64,000 nt of DNA from Catajapyx aquilonaris (Eukaryota). The stretch covers positions 1 through 64,000 of the forward strand of contig KZ538514.1 of assembly GCA_000934665.2 (NCBI GenBank), in the 5' to 3' direction. The position numbers were made by a program, and so were the translations under genes. The notes beneath the pieces are model-generated. The model saw nothing but the letters and a program-made list of their open reading frames with translations, searched no databases and had not been told where the DNA came from. Positions 51,461 through 64,000 of the stretch are shown in pieces. Each line of letters begins with the position of its first letter. Position 1 is the first letter of the stretch.

Positions 51461-51576
51461 TGGCAATGCATTATCTTACATCATTGTCAAAAGGTGCACT
51501 ACCCTGCTCAAAAAAGGCCAAGACAGCCTGGAAGATGGATTGTTGTTGGCCAGTTGTGAAGTTGTGAACTGGCAGG

Positions 51577-52500
51577 TTGTTGACGTACAAAGTAAACAGT
51601 CGAGTTCATGGAACAACAGACATGTTCTCACTAACCAGCCTGTTCGAAGGCCGTTTGAGCACTAACATTGTAGAAAACGCCCCCCCACTCAGGAAGGCCA
51701 GGACTCTCCATCAAGCTAAACATGTGGATAGAGTGGAGGAACTGGTCATGGGAAGCAGCACATTTATGGTCAGGTGCATTTCCAAGCAGTGGGCATCTGA
51801 ACCTATTCAGTTCACACCATCCTACATGACCACTTGAACCTGCAGGTGCCACTTTCTTGGACCCAGAGCAGAAGGAAATTTCTCAGGCGATATCACACCG
51901 AACTTGGACCTGCTAAATGCCCATCTGGGCAGGTTTTACATTCGCATGGTTACTCAGAATGAATTTGAAGTTTCCCATGAACACATCAAGACTGAAGGTG
52001 AATGAAAGCTGTGGAAACATTAAGACTCCATTCTTCAGAGAAGTTCAGGGAGTAGAAGTCGAGGACAATAAGGGTCAGGGTCACAGTTTTCTGGAGGAAC
52101 ATATAGAGTCCTGCAATTGGATTTTTTGGAAAACAAGATTACCATCAGAGGATTACTAAACCTTGCTCCTACATAAGTTACGGGGCCATCAAGCGCAAGT
52201 GACATGGAAAACTGCGAAGTGTCCTCCTGTAAGACAACTTTCCAGCTCTCAGCTGCCCGATTGCAGTGGCTGCTCTGAAGAGTTGTTCTTTCCATCTACT
52301 TCCACACCAATCCTATTCTCCCAATCTGACTTTTACCTGTTCTCGAAAGTGAAGTCACACCTTTGGGGTCAACTTCATGTGAGTGACCATCAGGTCAAGT
52401 CAGCTAAGGGGAAGATCTTGGATGATGGGACTCTTCCTTCTACCACAAGGTGGCAAGAAAATGGAGCAACTACTTTGACATTTCCAGTGACTATATTGAG
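51577..52500 (+). mobile_element. Highly degenerate mariner transposase remnant
   Basis: Fragments HVDRVEELVM and PILFSQSDFYLFSKVKSHLWG resemble mariner HTH and C-terminal motifs. Confidence 0.55.
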
Positions 52501-52507
52501 ACATCAT

Positions 52508-52860
52508 GGGGGAGGTGTGGTTGCTGAGATGGTAACCTCTTGGCTTGCTGAGTGAAAAGTTCCAGGTTCGATCCCCGCCTAGGAGCTCCCTTTCACTTGC
52601 ATCGGTGACGGTCGCTGACCTGCACCTTGGAGGTGTCTGGCAACCTAACCTCTTGGGGGACTGCACATGACCCACACATAATGACAACGCACTTGCACCC
52701 TTGTCCCCTCCCCAAAAATCCCTATCCTTACCCAATGTCCTTGATTCCCTGCACCAGAGTTCAAAGAAAAATGGAAAATAATAGAGAAAATACGGTGGTG
52801 TTTCACCCCCCTGAGAGCCAACGGCTCTAACACATATTGAGATATCATAGAACAGGGTCA
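52508..52860 (+). mobile_element. tRNA-derived SINE, family B
   Basis: B box GGTTCGATCCCC. Body CTGACCTGCACCTTGGAGGTGTCTGGCAACCTAA is shared with 59743-60098. Confidence 0.85.
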
Positions 52861-52967
52861 CCATGGTCACCCAGGTGACTTGGCCACAATATTCCAAAAT
52901 GTCATCAATGAATATTTAATGTGACAAATGTGATGAAAATAAGACTTTCAATCACATCATGCCATTA

Positions 52968-52983
52968 AATATATATACATATA

Positions 52984-53071
<88 letters not shown>

Positions 53072-53085
53072 TATAATATATATAT
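52968..53085. repeat. (TA)n microsatellite
   Basis: Directly visible. Confidence 0.95.
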
Positions 53086-53893
53086 TTGGTATGATGTATA
53101 CACATATCCAGCTCCGTCGGAGTTCATGGGTGCATGTGTAGTCAGGAGGTATTTCCTACTAGCCTGCCTTGTGTTCCAATTAAAGCCAACACTGGGGATA
53201 TTCGAAATGTAAAATTTATTTGTACTTTTCAATTTCAACAGTTATAAAATATATTGGTCCTTTCTTCTGGGCCCACTATAAAATTTTCTTCGTACAAGCA
53301 TTTAGAAAGGTCAATGTATCACCCAACTAAGCAAGCATTCTCTCGCTAGACCTTTGGCATCAAACGCAGGGGAAAAGAAGTGATTCACACTTGCAGCCAG
53401 TAAGTAATAAAATCAATGTACAAGATTGTCCTCACATAATTCCTAACATGGCAATAATGGGCTAAACATTCATACTTTCTCACCTTCTTGCCAAGTAAAA
53501 TTAGCACCTTTTTTTTTGATTCACATTATAAACATACGATAATTCACTAATAACATGGCAGGGACCTGAAAATACAGGTATATAGATTAGCATTTACATA
53601 AGTTGTGTAATTGAAAGGCAAGTCTTTGGCACTTCATAACAAAAGATCCAACTACATTTTACCAACGGCAATATGAACAGAATGCTTGTTAACAGAACCG
53701 ATTGAAGATCACAAATATAACAAAAAAATAAAATCAGAAAAGAGAGACGGAACAAATCACCATAATATGTATATAACATTTCAAGTAAATTAAGGCCCTT
53801 TTCTTGTCGCTATCATAAAAATGGCAATTGCCCTGGAATGAGAGGACAGCATGATCACATTTGAAATATAAAATGGTAGCCTTTTCATTAATT

Positions 53894-54771
53894 TCAACCC
53901 AGAAGGACCTTCTTGAGCTTCTCATCGCTGTCAGAATCTGATGTGTCTGAGTCTGGCACAAATGGTCGGCTGCTGCATTGTGGAGAGCACAGATACTGCA
54001 GCAGAGGAATACGGTATTTGCCACAAAAGTCCACGAATTTGATGTGCTCCACACGGTTGTCAAAGTAGACTCCTGCAAAGCAAAAGACAGACTGTGTCTT
54101 TTATCGAAGCATATCAAAGAATGAGTTAGCTCATCGCCATTTAAACTCATTTCTTGTACCAAAGATGTAGACAGAGATGTTGTCCCAGGAGCCAGTATAC
54201 CCATAAGATAAGTGATTTCTAACACATATTCTACCTTGCTCTTACCAGCCTTATTGAGGTATTACAGAGCATATAGTCAAAAGCTACTAACCTTTGCATT
54301 TTGGATTGACACAGCTGAGTGCACATCCAAGGTACTCCTGAAGGTTAGATGGCAACTCGTGTGGGTCATGAGGCACGTTCTTGACTTTTACAGTACGAGC
54401 CGCCAGTTCCAGGAGGGTTGGGGGGTCATATGTCATGTCACGCACAAATCTCACCACCAGTGGGTTGTCTCTCAAGCTCAGCTGTGTATAGAAACTTATA
54501 TTAAGAGACAGAATAAGGGAGATTGCATAACGAATTGACATCAAGCTATGGGACTGTCAGGGACACCCAAGCACCTAAAACCCTATATAGCCCTGTTGTC
54601 CCACCAAGAATGCCTTCTGAATGTGCTCTATCTCCACAAGTCAATTAGTAACTAAACTTTCCCATGTGGTCAGTCAGCAATTTTGCCGATGTTACCAGTA
54701 ATTTTTTGTTAAAATCTGCTCTCTTGCTCCATGTGACTGATGTCTCCTCCTTCACCAAGTTAATTATAGGC

Positions 54772-54814
<43 letters not shown>

Positions 54815-56275
54815 CCCCCTCCCCATTAAAATCATGAAGCTTGCCACAGGATTTCAAATACTAACCTCCATGAGGTTCTGTAGGGTAACAATCTCAGGCG
54901 GAAGAGTGGTCAGGCTGTTTTTGTGTAGAAGCAGTGATTTGAGCTGTGTCATGTTGGCAACACTGGATGGCAGACTCTCAAGGACATTTTCACACAGTAC
55001 AAGGGCACGTAGCTCCTTCAGCAGGCCAATCTCCCATGGGATGTGAGACAGCCTGTTGCCGCCCAAGTACAACACCTGGAGCCTAAATAAGGCAAAATAC
55101 CATAGAGCTTAGATGAAATTCACTTGCCAGTCGTTGAATATTATCTATCGATTGGAATCTTCAGCAATAAAATTAAAACAATAGAGTCTTCTTAAGCAAA
55201 ATGAAAACCAATGATTTCTACATTTAAAAGTTTTGGTTTACAAAGCCACACCTATGCATCATTTTAAAATTCACAACTTACAATGTTTACTTAATGCTAG
55301 TTGAAAACAATACTGCTGCACTCGACAAACCCATGAGTCACATTTGAACCCTGATCAGATAAAGCACTCAAAGTGAAACGGAACTGATACGATAATGCAA
55401 GTTTACAAAGAAGTTAAAATTCTCCTGAAGTTACTTCCAATTTTCTTCAATGTACAGCATGTTCCTGCCAACATTAGCTACCCACTGTATCAAAAATGTC
55501 TGCAGCAATGATCAGTGCAATTACTTCTAACAAGGATGCTGCTCTTTTTTATCACCCTGCAGCTGTAGTAATCCTGTGCCCACGTCATCATATGAAGGTC
55601 TTAATGACACAGGTCATTTATTATCTTTCGTTAATCTGTTGTTATTTCAGGGCTTAAGGCACCCATTATGACAAGAAGTTTCACCAAATCTTATGTTGAC
55701 TCAATATCAGTTATCTCTATTTGCCAGTTGTTTGCTCAGCAATTAAGTTAGTATTTTCCCACCTCCTTGAAAAAAACCCACTTTTTCATGCGTCCAATGT
55801 CCTTTCCAATCTCCACAATCCGGTTACTCCCAATGTACAGGTACCTCAGCTCAGTGAGCTGGAACACACATGGTGGTACTGTGGTAAGGGCATTCCCACT
55901 TAGGTTGAGTTCTCTGAGTGAAGATAAGGTACAGAAGGATTTTGGGAATGAATCATCTTCCAAACTGTTGCTTCTAGCAATCAAAGAGGTGAGGCCATGA
56001 CACATTGAAAGCGATTCAGGTAGAGAAGTCAGCTGATTGGTACTGATGTCGAGCATGCGGAGGTTGCGGAATGTTACAATGTTGTCAGGGAGGGCTGTCA
56101 GTTGGTTGTGGTACAAAAGGAGACTCTCGACTTTTTCAGCTTGTTCAGGGCTCGAGCTGTCCAGATTCAAGGCAAGAGTGGCAGTGTCCAGCATTAAGTA
56201 TGAGAAGTCCAGGGAGTTGCAGCCAGGGGTAGTGTCGCTCTCACTGCTGCTCCCATCAGACACGTAGCCTTCCAT
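53894..56275 (-). CDS. LRRC58: Leucine-rich repeat-containing protein 58, 359 aa
   Basis: Exons 56275-55782, 55082-54866, 54481-54292, 54072-53894 total 1080 nt, GT-AG and in phase. LRR repeats are followed by LSLRDNPLVVRFVRDMTYDPPTLLELAARTV, CVNPKCKGVYFD, HIKFVDFCGKYRIPLLQYLCSP and terminal KKVLLG*, the characteristic LRRC58 C-terminus. Confidence 0.95.
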
Positions 56276-58883
56276 TTATTCTGTCTTGAGAGCTTTGTTT
56301 AAGGATAGTTGAGAGTTTGCGAAACTCTGAAATAAAAGCGAGAGGTTAAGTTTATTATGATTATGAAGAAACATGCTTAGTACTAATCTATAGCGAGTAC
56401 ATCAATACTGAGAAGTCACAAGGGAGAAACAACTTGTTGCTACACTGGCAGCATAAATATTTGCAGCAACTAATGTCGCAATAAGTCTTTGACCAGACAC
56501 AATAATTGTATGTCCAGATTTAGCAAGACACACCTTATCAATGTTTCTGGGAAGGGAACATATTTCTCGTCTTAATCTTAAGTCAGTTCTCATCATGTTA
56601 GAGGAAGTATGAATTAGGATCAATGAAAATGTTATCACTGATTTGATTTAAATCATGAAACTTCTACCATTAGATAGGTTATACAAATGTTCTAGACCAG
56701 TACCATGATCACCCGAGACACACCACATTTGAAGCTTCAGACCTTAGAAACTGGAATCCTTGCCACTAGTGTCATTATGACAGTAAAATGAATTAAATAC
56801 ACTGTTATCTAGGCCACCAACAATGAAATCTGGCTGACTAATCTAATGTCATTACACAATAGTTTTTGTAATGCAAAATCAATCCATTAGCATACTAATA
56901 AATATGCAAAAGGCCCTCAGTGTAATGTTGCCACTTTTATGCGTATCATTTCTCATTTTAAAAATTTGATTTGCACTTCTAAAGTGCATAATTAAAATTA
57001 CAATGTAAGATTTATCACAAGTGGAAATCCCCATTCCATTATTCCTGCCCTAAATCCACACTTTCACAATTAATGTGCAGGCAAATAGATATACCACCTT
57101 TGAGCCAACACAAATGTATAGCTGAATATTCAACGCTAGGCACTGAAATAAATTGGCAATAAGCAAGAAAGGAGCTAATTCCAGTTACTCTTACAACAAC
57201 AGGAAAAACAGCGACCATAAGGTCACTGGCTCCAGGCCAAATGCAGTGCTCTTTTTGTGGGATCTGGGGTGGGGGAAGATCATGCTCTGCATGATTGCAG
57301 GAGCAAAAGTTCAGATGGGCCGTTTGGATTGGACCTGCGTCACCTGATAAACAGCAAAAAAAAAGGGGGCAGGCGAAGGCTAGGCTGCATGGGAGTGCAG
57401 ACCTTTGAGTAAACAGATATTCATTTGTCAGACAAGTGGGCATGTGAAGCAAGTGTGGTCGCAAGTTATATATAGTGAAGCTGAATTAGATTTTCATGCC
57501 GCAGTTAGGACAGTGAACCATTTAACAAAGGGGCCATAGATAAAGTACGTCACTTACAAACTCAAATGTTAATTCATTTAATGCATTCAGTTCAGTGATC
57601 GCATATGTTATTAATATGTGAGATAAATAGGCTATGGTGTAGTAGTCAAAAATGATTTTCTGTTGAAAATAAAAAGTACACTTGCATTACAACAGCCTCT
57701 CTCAATAAGCAATTTTCATGCTTAGTGCACACTCATAGTTTCATAATGACAACACATTTGGAAGAGTCAGAAAGTATCTTGAACCTAATTAGTTGGAGCA
57801 TGAGCACTGCACATGATCCCCTACTTTTATCTACATCAACATGGACTACTGGCAAGATACCTATATTGTACATAATAAAAGAAACATGCTGCTCAGAAGT
57901 TGTAATGGAGCAAAACTCTAGTTTACTCTCATACAATGGCACTTAGTGTAAGGCCTGTACATTGTACTTTTTATTTGATAAAGCATTTCATCTTGAGTAT
58001 TTTGGACAAAAAATTTATGTAGCATGAATTTAATGATTAATAATAATTGCAGAGTTTCATCTCAAATCAAATTAGTTCATTCAGTTCAAGTATGCTTCAG
58101 ATGCAAGTGGAGGGAGTGAATGAGCACATTTCTCATCCCGTACTATCTCTGTATAAACATAATGGAGATCTGAATAGATTTTCGAATGCAATGCTTGCAT
58201 GGTAATGCTGGTTACTGACAATATTTTACACAGCTGCTGGCATGTACATATTAAAAATCCACCTAAGTGGTTGTAGCATATCTACACAGAGCATGTACCA
58301 ATTGTTCCTTAGCCAATATTAAATTGATCTGAACAATAATTAGGTCAAGATTGGCAATTAAGTCTCGTGGCACAGGTCGATTTTGAGCTGTATTACGTGG
58401 AGGAGTCCCTGACCTGCGTTTCATGGGTCAGAAACGATAGCGGTGGACTTGAAACTAGAAATTTGCCAAAATATACGTAATGTGGAATTTGAGATCTACC
58501 TTGTTTCAAATCCACTGCAAAGGTTTTTTTGAGTAAAGCCTCAAGTTTGAAACAGCTGGTCACCTGCACAATATGCAAATGCAACTCTCACACATAAATC
58601 CACACCCAAGGCAACATTAGTCAACAGCTAATGTCTGGTCCTATGGCTCAAACATTTGGCAGCAGGCCACACACAACTAGGATAATGTAACTCGGTAACA
58701 AAGGGTGGGTAATCCCATAGCAGTTCCAATAGGCAGGTAATCCCTATGTAACCACTATTATTGCGATGAAACTTTGCACCAATCCCCACCCAGGTACATA
58801 GGCATTAATTAATTCCCTTACGTAACCGACCAGTCCAGCCATACGTGACTTGCCCCCAACTTGAAGTACTATCATATACTCAC

Positions 58884-59500
58884 AAAGTAGTGTGTATGTA
58901 ATACGATGGTGTCTAAACTGTAAGGGAGTCTTCTGGTGTACAGTACCACGCGGAGCCTGCTCCGTCGTCGGCCAGTCTGACCCTACCCAGCTGGAAAAGA
59001 GGACCCAGACTGGGCGCAACTCTGCTTGGGCAGCAGACCAAGTCAACTCAGCCAGGAGGCGGCCATCTTTATCGCCTTGAACAGAAGGGGGAGGAAGCGA
59101 GGGAGGGAAAGGGGGGGAGCTGCTTATCATTATGATTAAATTGTTATCCAACTTTACGTCATGCCGCTACTTAATCTTGTTGGGTATTTACCACAGATGG
59201 AAATCACTGAAAGGTCACGCACCTATGTTGCGTACCTACAGTATGTCAACGTCAACGGAGAGAGAACTGGAGATGTGTTGGCAACACTGTATACAACCCG
59301 CGCTTTTAGTGGGAGGAGATACTTGTTGGTGATGGCTTTTTCATGTGACTAGGCTTGTGTATGTCTACAGCACGGTCTGCGGGATTGGCACAAGTTCGGC
59401 AAGTTCATGAGACATGCGTTCACGGAAGGCTTTTTGGCAGCGAGTTGCATCCTGTTGGCTGGGCTACGAGGAGACCATGGGCCACTTTACAAAAGTAGGC
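58884..59500. promoter_or_regulatory. CpG-rich promoter and non-coding first exon of LRRC58 (possibly shared with the NXF-like gene)
   Basis: CpG cluster and AAGATGGCCGCC (YY1-like, minus strand, about 59058-59070). Minus-strand donor TTT|GTGAGT after 58884 and acceptor TTTCAG at about 56327, upstream of the LRRC58 ATG. Confidence 0.55.
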
Positions 59501-59742
59501 TAAGTACCGGTACCATCGGGGTACCATATAGTGTGGCCATTGAAAAAAAAAAAGTCATTCTTTATAATGTTGTCGAAGTATCAACATGTCTTTATCTACC
59601 ATGGCTCATTTAAAATTCATGTCGAATTCAGAATTTTTAAACCATGATACCAGATTTTCTAAGCCTGTGTCACTATTGACATACGCCATGTGAACGTCAC
59701 TCAGTGCAGAAAGATCTGGGTTAATTTATACTTTGTACTTGT

Positions 59743-60098
59743 GGGCAGTTGCTATGGCCGAGATGGCAACGTCTCGGCTTGCTGAGTGAAAGGTCCCAGG
59801 TTCGATCCCCGCCTGGGAGTTCCCTTTCACCTGCGTCAGGAGGGTCTCTGACCTGCACCTTGGAGGTGTCTGGCAACCTAATCTCCTGGGGAACAGCACA
59901 TGACCCCTTTTCAGACAATGCACTTGCACCCATGTTCCCTCCCCAAAAATTCCTATCCTTACCCAATCTCCTTGATTCCCTGCACCGGCACTGGAGTGAA
60001 GTTAACTTAGAAAATTGAGGAAAAATGGTGGTGTACCACCCCCCTATAGAACCTATAGATCACAGGGTACAATAAATAAATAAATAAATAAATAAAAT
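59743..60098 (+). mobile_element. tRNA-derived SINE, family B
   Basis: TGGCCGAGATGG A box, GGTTCGATCCCC B box and (TAAA)n tail; homologous to 52508-52860. Confidence 0.85.
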
Positions 60099-60466
60099 AG
60101 CCATGTGATGCAAAGAAAGCAATTAAACAAAAAACCTTCTGGAATTTCTCTGCGAAAGACGTAGACAGTGATGCAGGAGAACCAAGTCAAATAATAAATG
60201 TAGATCTAAAATAGTATGACACATTATTATATCTTATAAAATTAAAACGCCCTCGATTTCTAATTTCATTTTGGCTGGCCGTAACGGTGGGAAACGATAT
60301 AATATCCATTATTTTCGTGGCGCCTCTATACACCATGATATCCACAGCACCCCGGTTGGGAACCACTGCTCTACTCTGACTGGTTCAGCCTATGTTGCCC
60401 ATGCTTAAGATTATTTTCCCTCTCTATTCTTTTTTCTCTTCTTCTACATTGTCAACTGTCATCTTT

Positions 60467-60773
60467 GGGGAGGCGGAGTGGTGCTGCGGTAACGTATGCG
60501 CCCACGGATATTAAGGACCCAGGTTCGATCCCAGCCCGGGGACACCCCCTTCATCTCGTGCAGAGTTAAGTGTCGTCTCTGACTTCGTCTCGGGTGGAAT
60601 TTCCTTAGACTAATCCACCTGGGGGAGCTCACAAAATGACCACATTTCAGACAAGGCACTGCACTTGCACATCCCCTCCTGTCATCCTCCCAAAAATTGT
60701 ACCATCGTTAAAAATAAAGGTCAAGGCAGAAAACCCCTCAGCGGTACGCCTAATGCCCTATTATTATTATTAT
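60467..60773 (+). mobile_element. tRNA-derived SINE, family A head and body with a different tail
   Basis: Matches 27435 onward until about 60680, then an unrelated tail ending in (TAT)n. Confidence 0.8.
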
Positions 60774-60800
60774 TTTTAAACTGTCCTCTTTCTATTTCAG

Positions 60801-61701
60801 GAACATGTGTGGCACGAAGTGACCACCCATAATGCGATGGGTGAGGGACCATTCCCACTCCCAAACGTCTTGCTAACCTTGGAACTCCAGAAGAGGATCA
60901 AGAACGTGATGAGTCGCAGGTGATATTAAATGTTAAGCTAACAACTAATTGAATATAGCCTCCCTGTAAATATTGTGCATGCACATGCTTGAATTACTTG
61001 CGATATTTTAAAACCAATTTTATGGTTCAGGTATGCTCTGAAATTTTCTGCTACTCCATTCCGACTAGGTACAATGCTGAGACCCATTCTTTGGATCAGG
61101 AAAATTTCCATCGTGATGCTGACCTGCAGGACACATTTGTATCAACAGTTCAAAAAGAATTGTCCCGTCGCGTCGTGCGGGCAGCCACGCGTCAGGATGA
61201 AAGGAACGCATTAACTGGTTCCTTTCATCCTGGCACGTGGCTGCCCGCTTGACGCGACGGGACAATTCTTTTTGAACTGTTGATACCACTAACCCATCTG
61301 AATGCGGCAGCCCATGTAATACAAACCATAGGAGATCACTTTCCTGAGACAAAGGCTTTTGACCTCTCTGAAAACAGACTCTCCTACTTGGACCTCTTTA
61401 GCCAGCTCACCATCAAGGCCCCCAATCTCAGGATCCTCATCTTGTCCAACAACAAACTGTCAGACCTGCAGCAACTTGATACCCTCTCCTCTCTCCCCTG
61501 TTAGAGCTGAGACTCAACAGTAATTCGCTGTGCAACCTGTTCAAGGACAGGACTGTGCATGTCAACGTTGTGGGCGAGATGCTTCCAGTCTCCTTTGGCT
61601 AGATGGAGTCGATCTCCCTCTCCATATCAAGCAAATTAAGTGTGCCTCTGAGACACCTGACCCCACACCCAGTCCGAGCCCTGTACCGTTTGTGCAAACA
61701 G
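60801..61701 (+). pseudogene. NXF1/TAP-family nuclear RNA export factor, disrupted (LRR region)
   Basis: Exons 60801-60919 and 61069-61701. Translation gives IKNVMSRRYNAETHSLD..FHRDADL..VIQTIGDHFPETKAFDLSENRLSYLDLFSQLTIKAPNLRILILSNNKL..LELRLNSNSLCNLFKDR..SLLWLDGVDLP, collinear with the NXF1 LRR domain. Lesions: a 144-bp insertion carrying TGA, two apparent 1-nt frameshifts (about 61497 and 61585), and most of the RRM missing. Confidence 0.8.
61142..61283. mobile_element. 142-bp hairpin MITE inserted in the NXF-like exon
   Basis: TA|TCAACAGTTCAAAAAGAATTGTCCCGTCGCGTC...GACGCGACGGGACAATTCTTTTTGAACTGTTGA|TA. Removing it restores the codons F-V-P-L. Confidence 0.9.
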
Positions 61702-63920
61702 GTGAGTCGGAGTTTTCTTAGTGGGTATCTAGCAGTTTCTTAGTCTGTGCACAAGTTGAAAGTGACATGATTGATATTAGCCCATTGACGAATTGCTATT
61801 GGTTGCCTGTTGGCCATTATGTGCCCACAGAAGGCAAACCATGATCCATCAAATCAGTTGGAATGTTAAAGGATATCAATCATTTATTTCTCACTGTGTA
61901 TACAGTTGTTGAGTGATAATTTGCTTTTGGTGACATAGTGAGTGTGATGCTTCCCCAGTCTGTCTGCCTCAGTTAGAATCAGGTGACTAATTACCAGTTA
62001 TCTTGCTTTGACACTTCTGCCATTTAGCATTGTGCCAAACAAGGTCAGTAATCTGCAGACTGCCTATTTTACTGCATGTAAGGGAGATCGGGGTCGGTTG
62101 TAACATCGCCAATTATAAATACGTTTGGAAAGCCCTGAACCTGAAACTCACATAGTACGTGTGCCATTATGGCCTCTAAGCTGTACAGAACTTAGACTAC
62201 TCCTTTTTTGTTTTTTGTTCTATATGCAAATAACCAAAATCAAGGTGTGTTCCCAACTTTTTTGAGTGGCAGTAATCAAGTGATTATGGGGGTGGTAGAG
62301 GTCCCCTTGAATTGTTCTTGGCGTCATGAGAAAGGTTCCTTTAGTGGGGTCACACTGATGGTATGGATGACCAAATCATGTGCACAGTTAAAAAGTGGTA
62401 AGCATATCTACAAGATAATACACAATGGGGACGGTTGGAACAGATTCTTTGGGGTCAGATGTAACATTGTAAAATCATGAGAGAATGGTCTATAGTCTGT
62501 GTACAGATGTTGCAGCTACATATCTCACAAGGGTTAACTAGCAGCTGAAGCCTGTTCTTTGCACGGCCTGTAACTATGGCACCATTGATCATGTTGAATG
62601 TCGTTGTTGCCATGATATCGTCGGCAATAAGGAGAAAGGGCAAATAAACCATTTTTGAAATTTTACATGAAAGGTAAAAATAGGTTGAAAATACGAGGGC
62701 CTGTCAAAACAAATTGAGACTTATTTTTTATGTGACAAAAAGAATTAGTTCATGACTCGCTGTGAATGGCATAGTGTCCAGTATAGATTGAAGTATTAGA
62801 ACACTGATTCTTGTTCAAATATTCCACCATCTCAGGCGATGGTGACACCAGAAGTAGACTTTGGTTCGCATTCGTATCCGCACTGCCAGGTGGTCAGCTG
62901 TGACAACCAATATTCATCGTTGAGGTTTTGCTTCCATTTGAATCAAACAACCACAGAGGTGTACAACATGCTAAGATTCTGAACAGCAGATACTGGTCAC
63001 CATGTGAGGCCACAAGACATTGCAACTATTTGCAAACTACCACCTGCATTTGCCTTTCCTCTGGAGTCAACAATCTGGGGACCCATTGCATCAAGTGCAA
63101 ACGCATCGCATGTGAAAATGGTCAATGCAAAATCGTGTGGGCACTACAACTGGAGTTATCACACATTCTACGCCTTACGTGATTATTATTCATACTGCTC
63201 AATTAAATGTGCAGTTATAAGGAAATGTCAACTGTCAATCCCCGATTCTCCAGCATAATTGCAAGCATGAATAGCGCAACATTTGCAGTCATAAATGTCT
63301 TCAAGTGACATCTTTATAGAAGTCCTGATCATTGTCGAGCGCACTCAAGATCATTATGAGCGACGGATTTAAATAAAAACACAGCGGTTGTGGATAGGAG
63401 GGCGTGTTTTTAAAAAAAGAGTTCGCGTTGGGGCGGGGGGGGGGGGGGGGNNNNNNNNNNNNNNNNNNNNNNNNNNNNNGGGGGGAGGCTCTGGCCTGGA
63501 AGTGACCTTCAAGGAAATGCTGATAATACTACTGAAGTGGGGACGAGGGAGGGGGGATACATAAATTGACAATAAACACGAGATAATTTGATAACTATGG
63601 TGTTTTCCCCTTTATACTATTCATCACCAAATGGCCACAATTACTTGCCCAAAATCGTAATATTATTCGGCCACCCACCAAGAAATGGAGTGGTGGTCTT
63701 ATTAACAAGATGCGATAAAAAGTTTCCATTAAGATTATCTGGACTATAGAATGGATAATTATTAATAGTAACAATAGATGTAGGAGGATACGAAAGTTGA
63801 AGTTAATGTGACAGTTAACAACTGAAATAAATACTATTATACTTTGGGCAGTGAATTTCTGTGAGGTCTGGCAAAGATTGCTGCCACTACGTTTATTTCT
63901 TATTTACCGGGATGTAAATG

Positions 63921-63992
<72 letters not shown>

Positions 63993-64000
63993 TTACGTTA

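Noticed and set aside
61139..61310. Splicing-out of the NXF MITE using GT at 61139 and AG at 61310
   Set aside because: The 172-nt removal would shift the frame.
63424..63490. G-rich tract as a G-quadruplex or telomere-like feature (also about 16000 and 19300)
   Set aside because: Poly-G runs contain N gaps, so their length and sequence are unreliable assembly artefacts.

Overview
Eukaryotic genomic DNA from an invertebrate, most likely an arthropod; spliceosomal GT-AG introns throughout and no prokaryotic systems. I reconstructed three intact multi-exon genes by hand. (1) A GH35 beta-galactosidase-like gene (GLB1L2/3 type) on the minus strand, 984-15525, whose last exon lies left of the window. 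(2) GSK-3/shaggy on the plus strand, 8 exons, 17821-44264, 427 aa. (3) LRRC58 on the minus strand, 4 coding exons, 53894-56275, 359 aa. There is also a disrupted NXF1-like gene (60801-61701). The beta-galactosidase gene and GSK-3 are head-to-head across a CpG-rich promoter. Both appear to have phase-compatible alternative first coding exons that the ORF track misses: signal peptide versus signal anchor for the hydrolase, and N-termini lacking Ser9 for GSK-3. Introns and intergenic DNA are dense with non-autonomous DNA transposons (Tc1/mariner, Tigger, hAT, piggyBac, Kolobok-, Sola- and Harbinger-like), several of them near-complete hairpins. They also hold three tRNA-derived SINE families, an RTE 5' fragment and a truncated U6 retrocopy with a target-site duplication. 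Coordinates were counted by eye and family assignments come from recalled motifs, not database searches.
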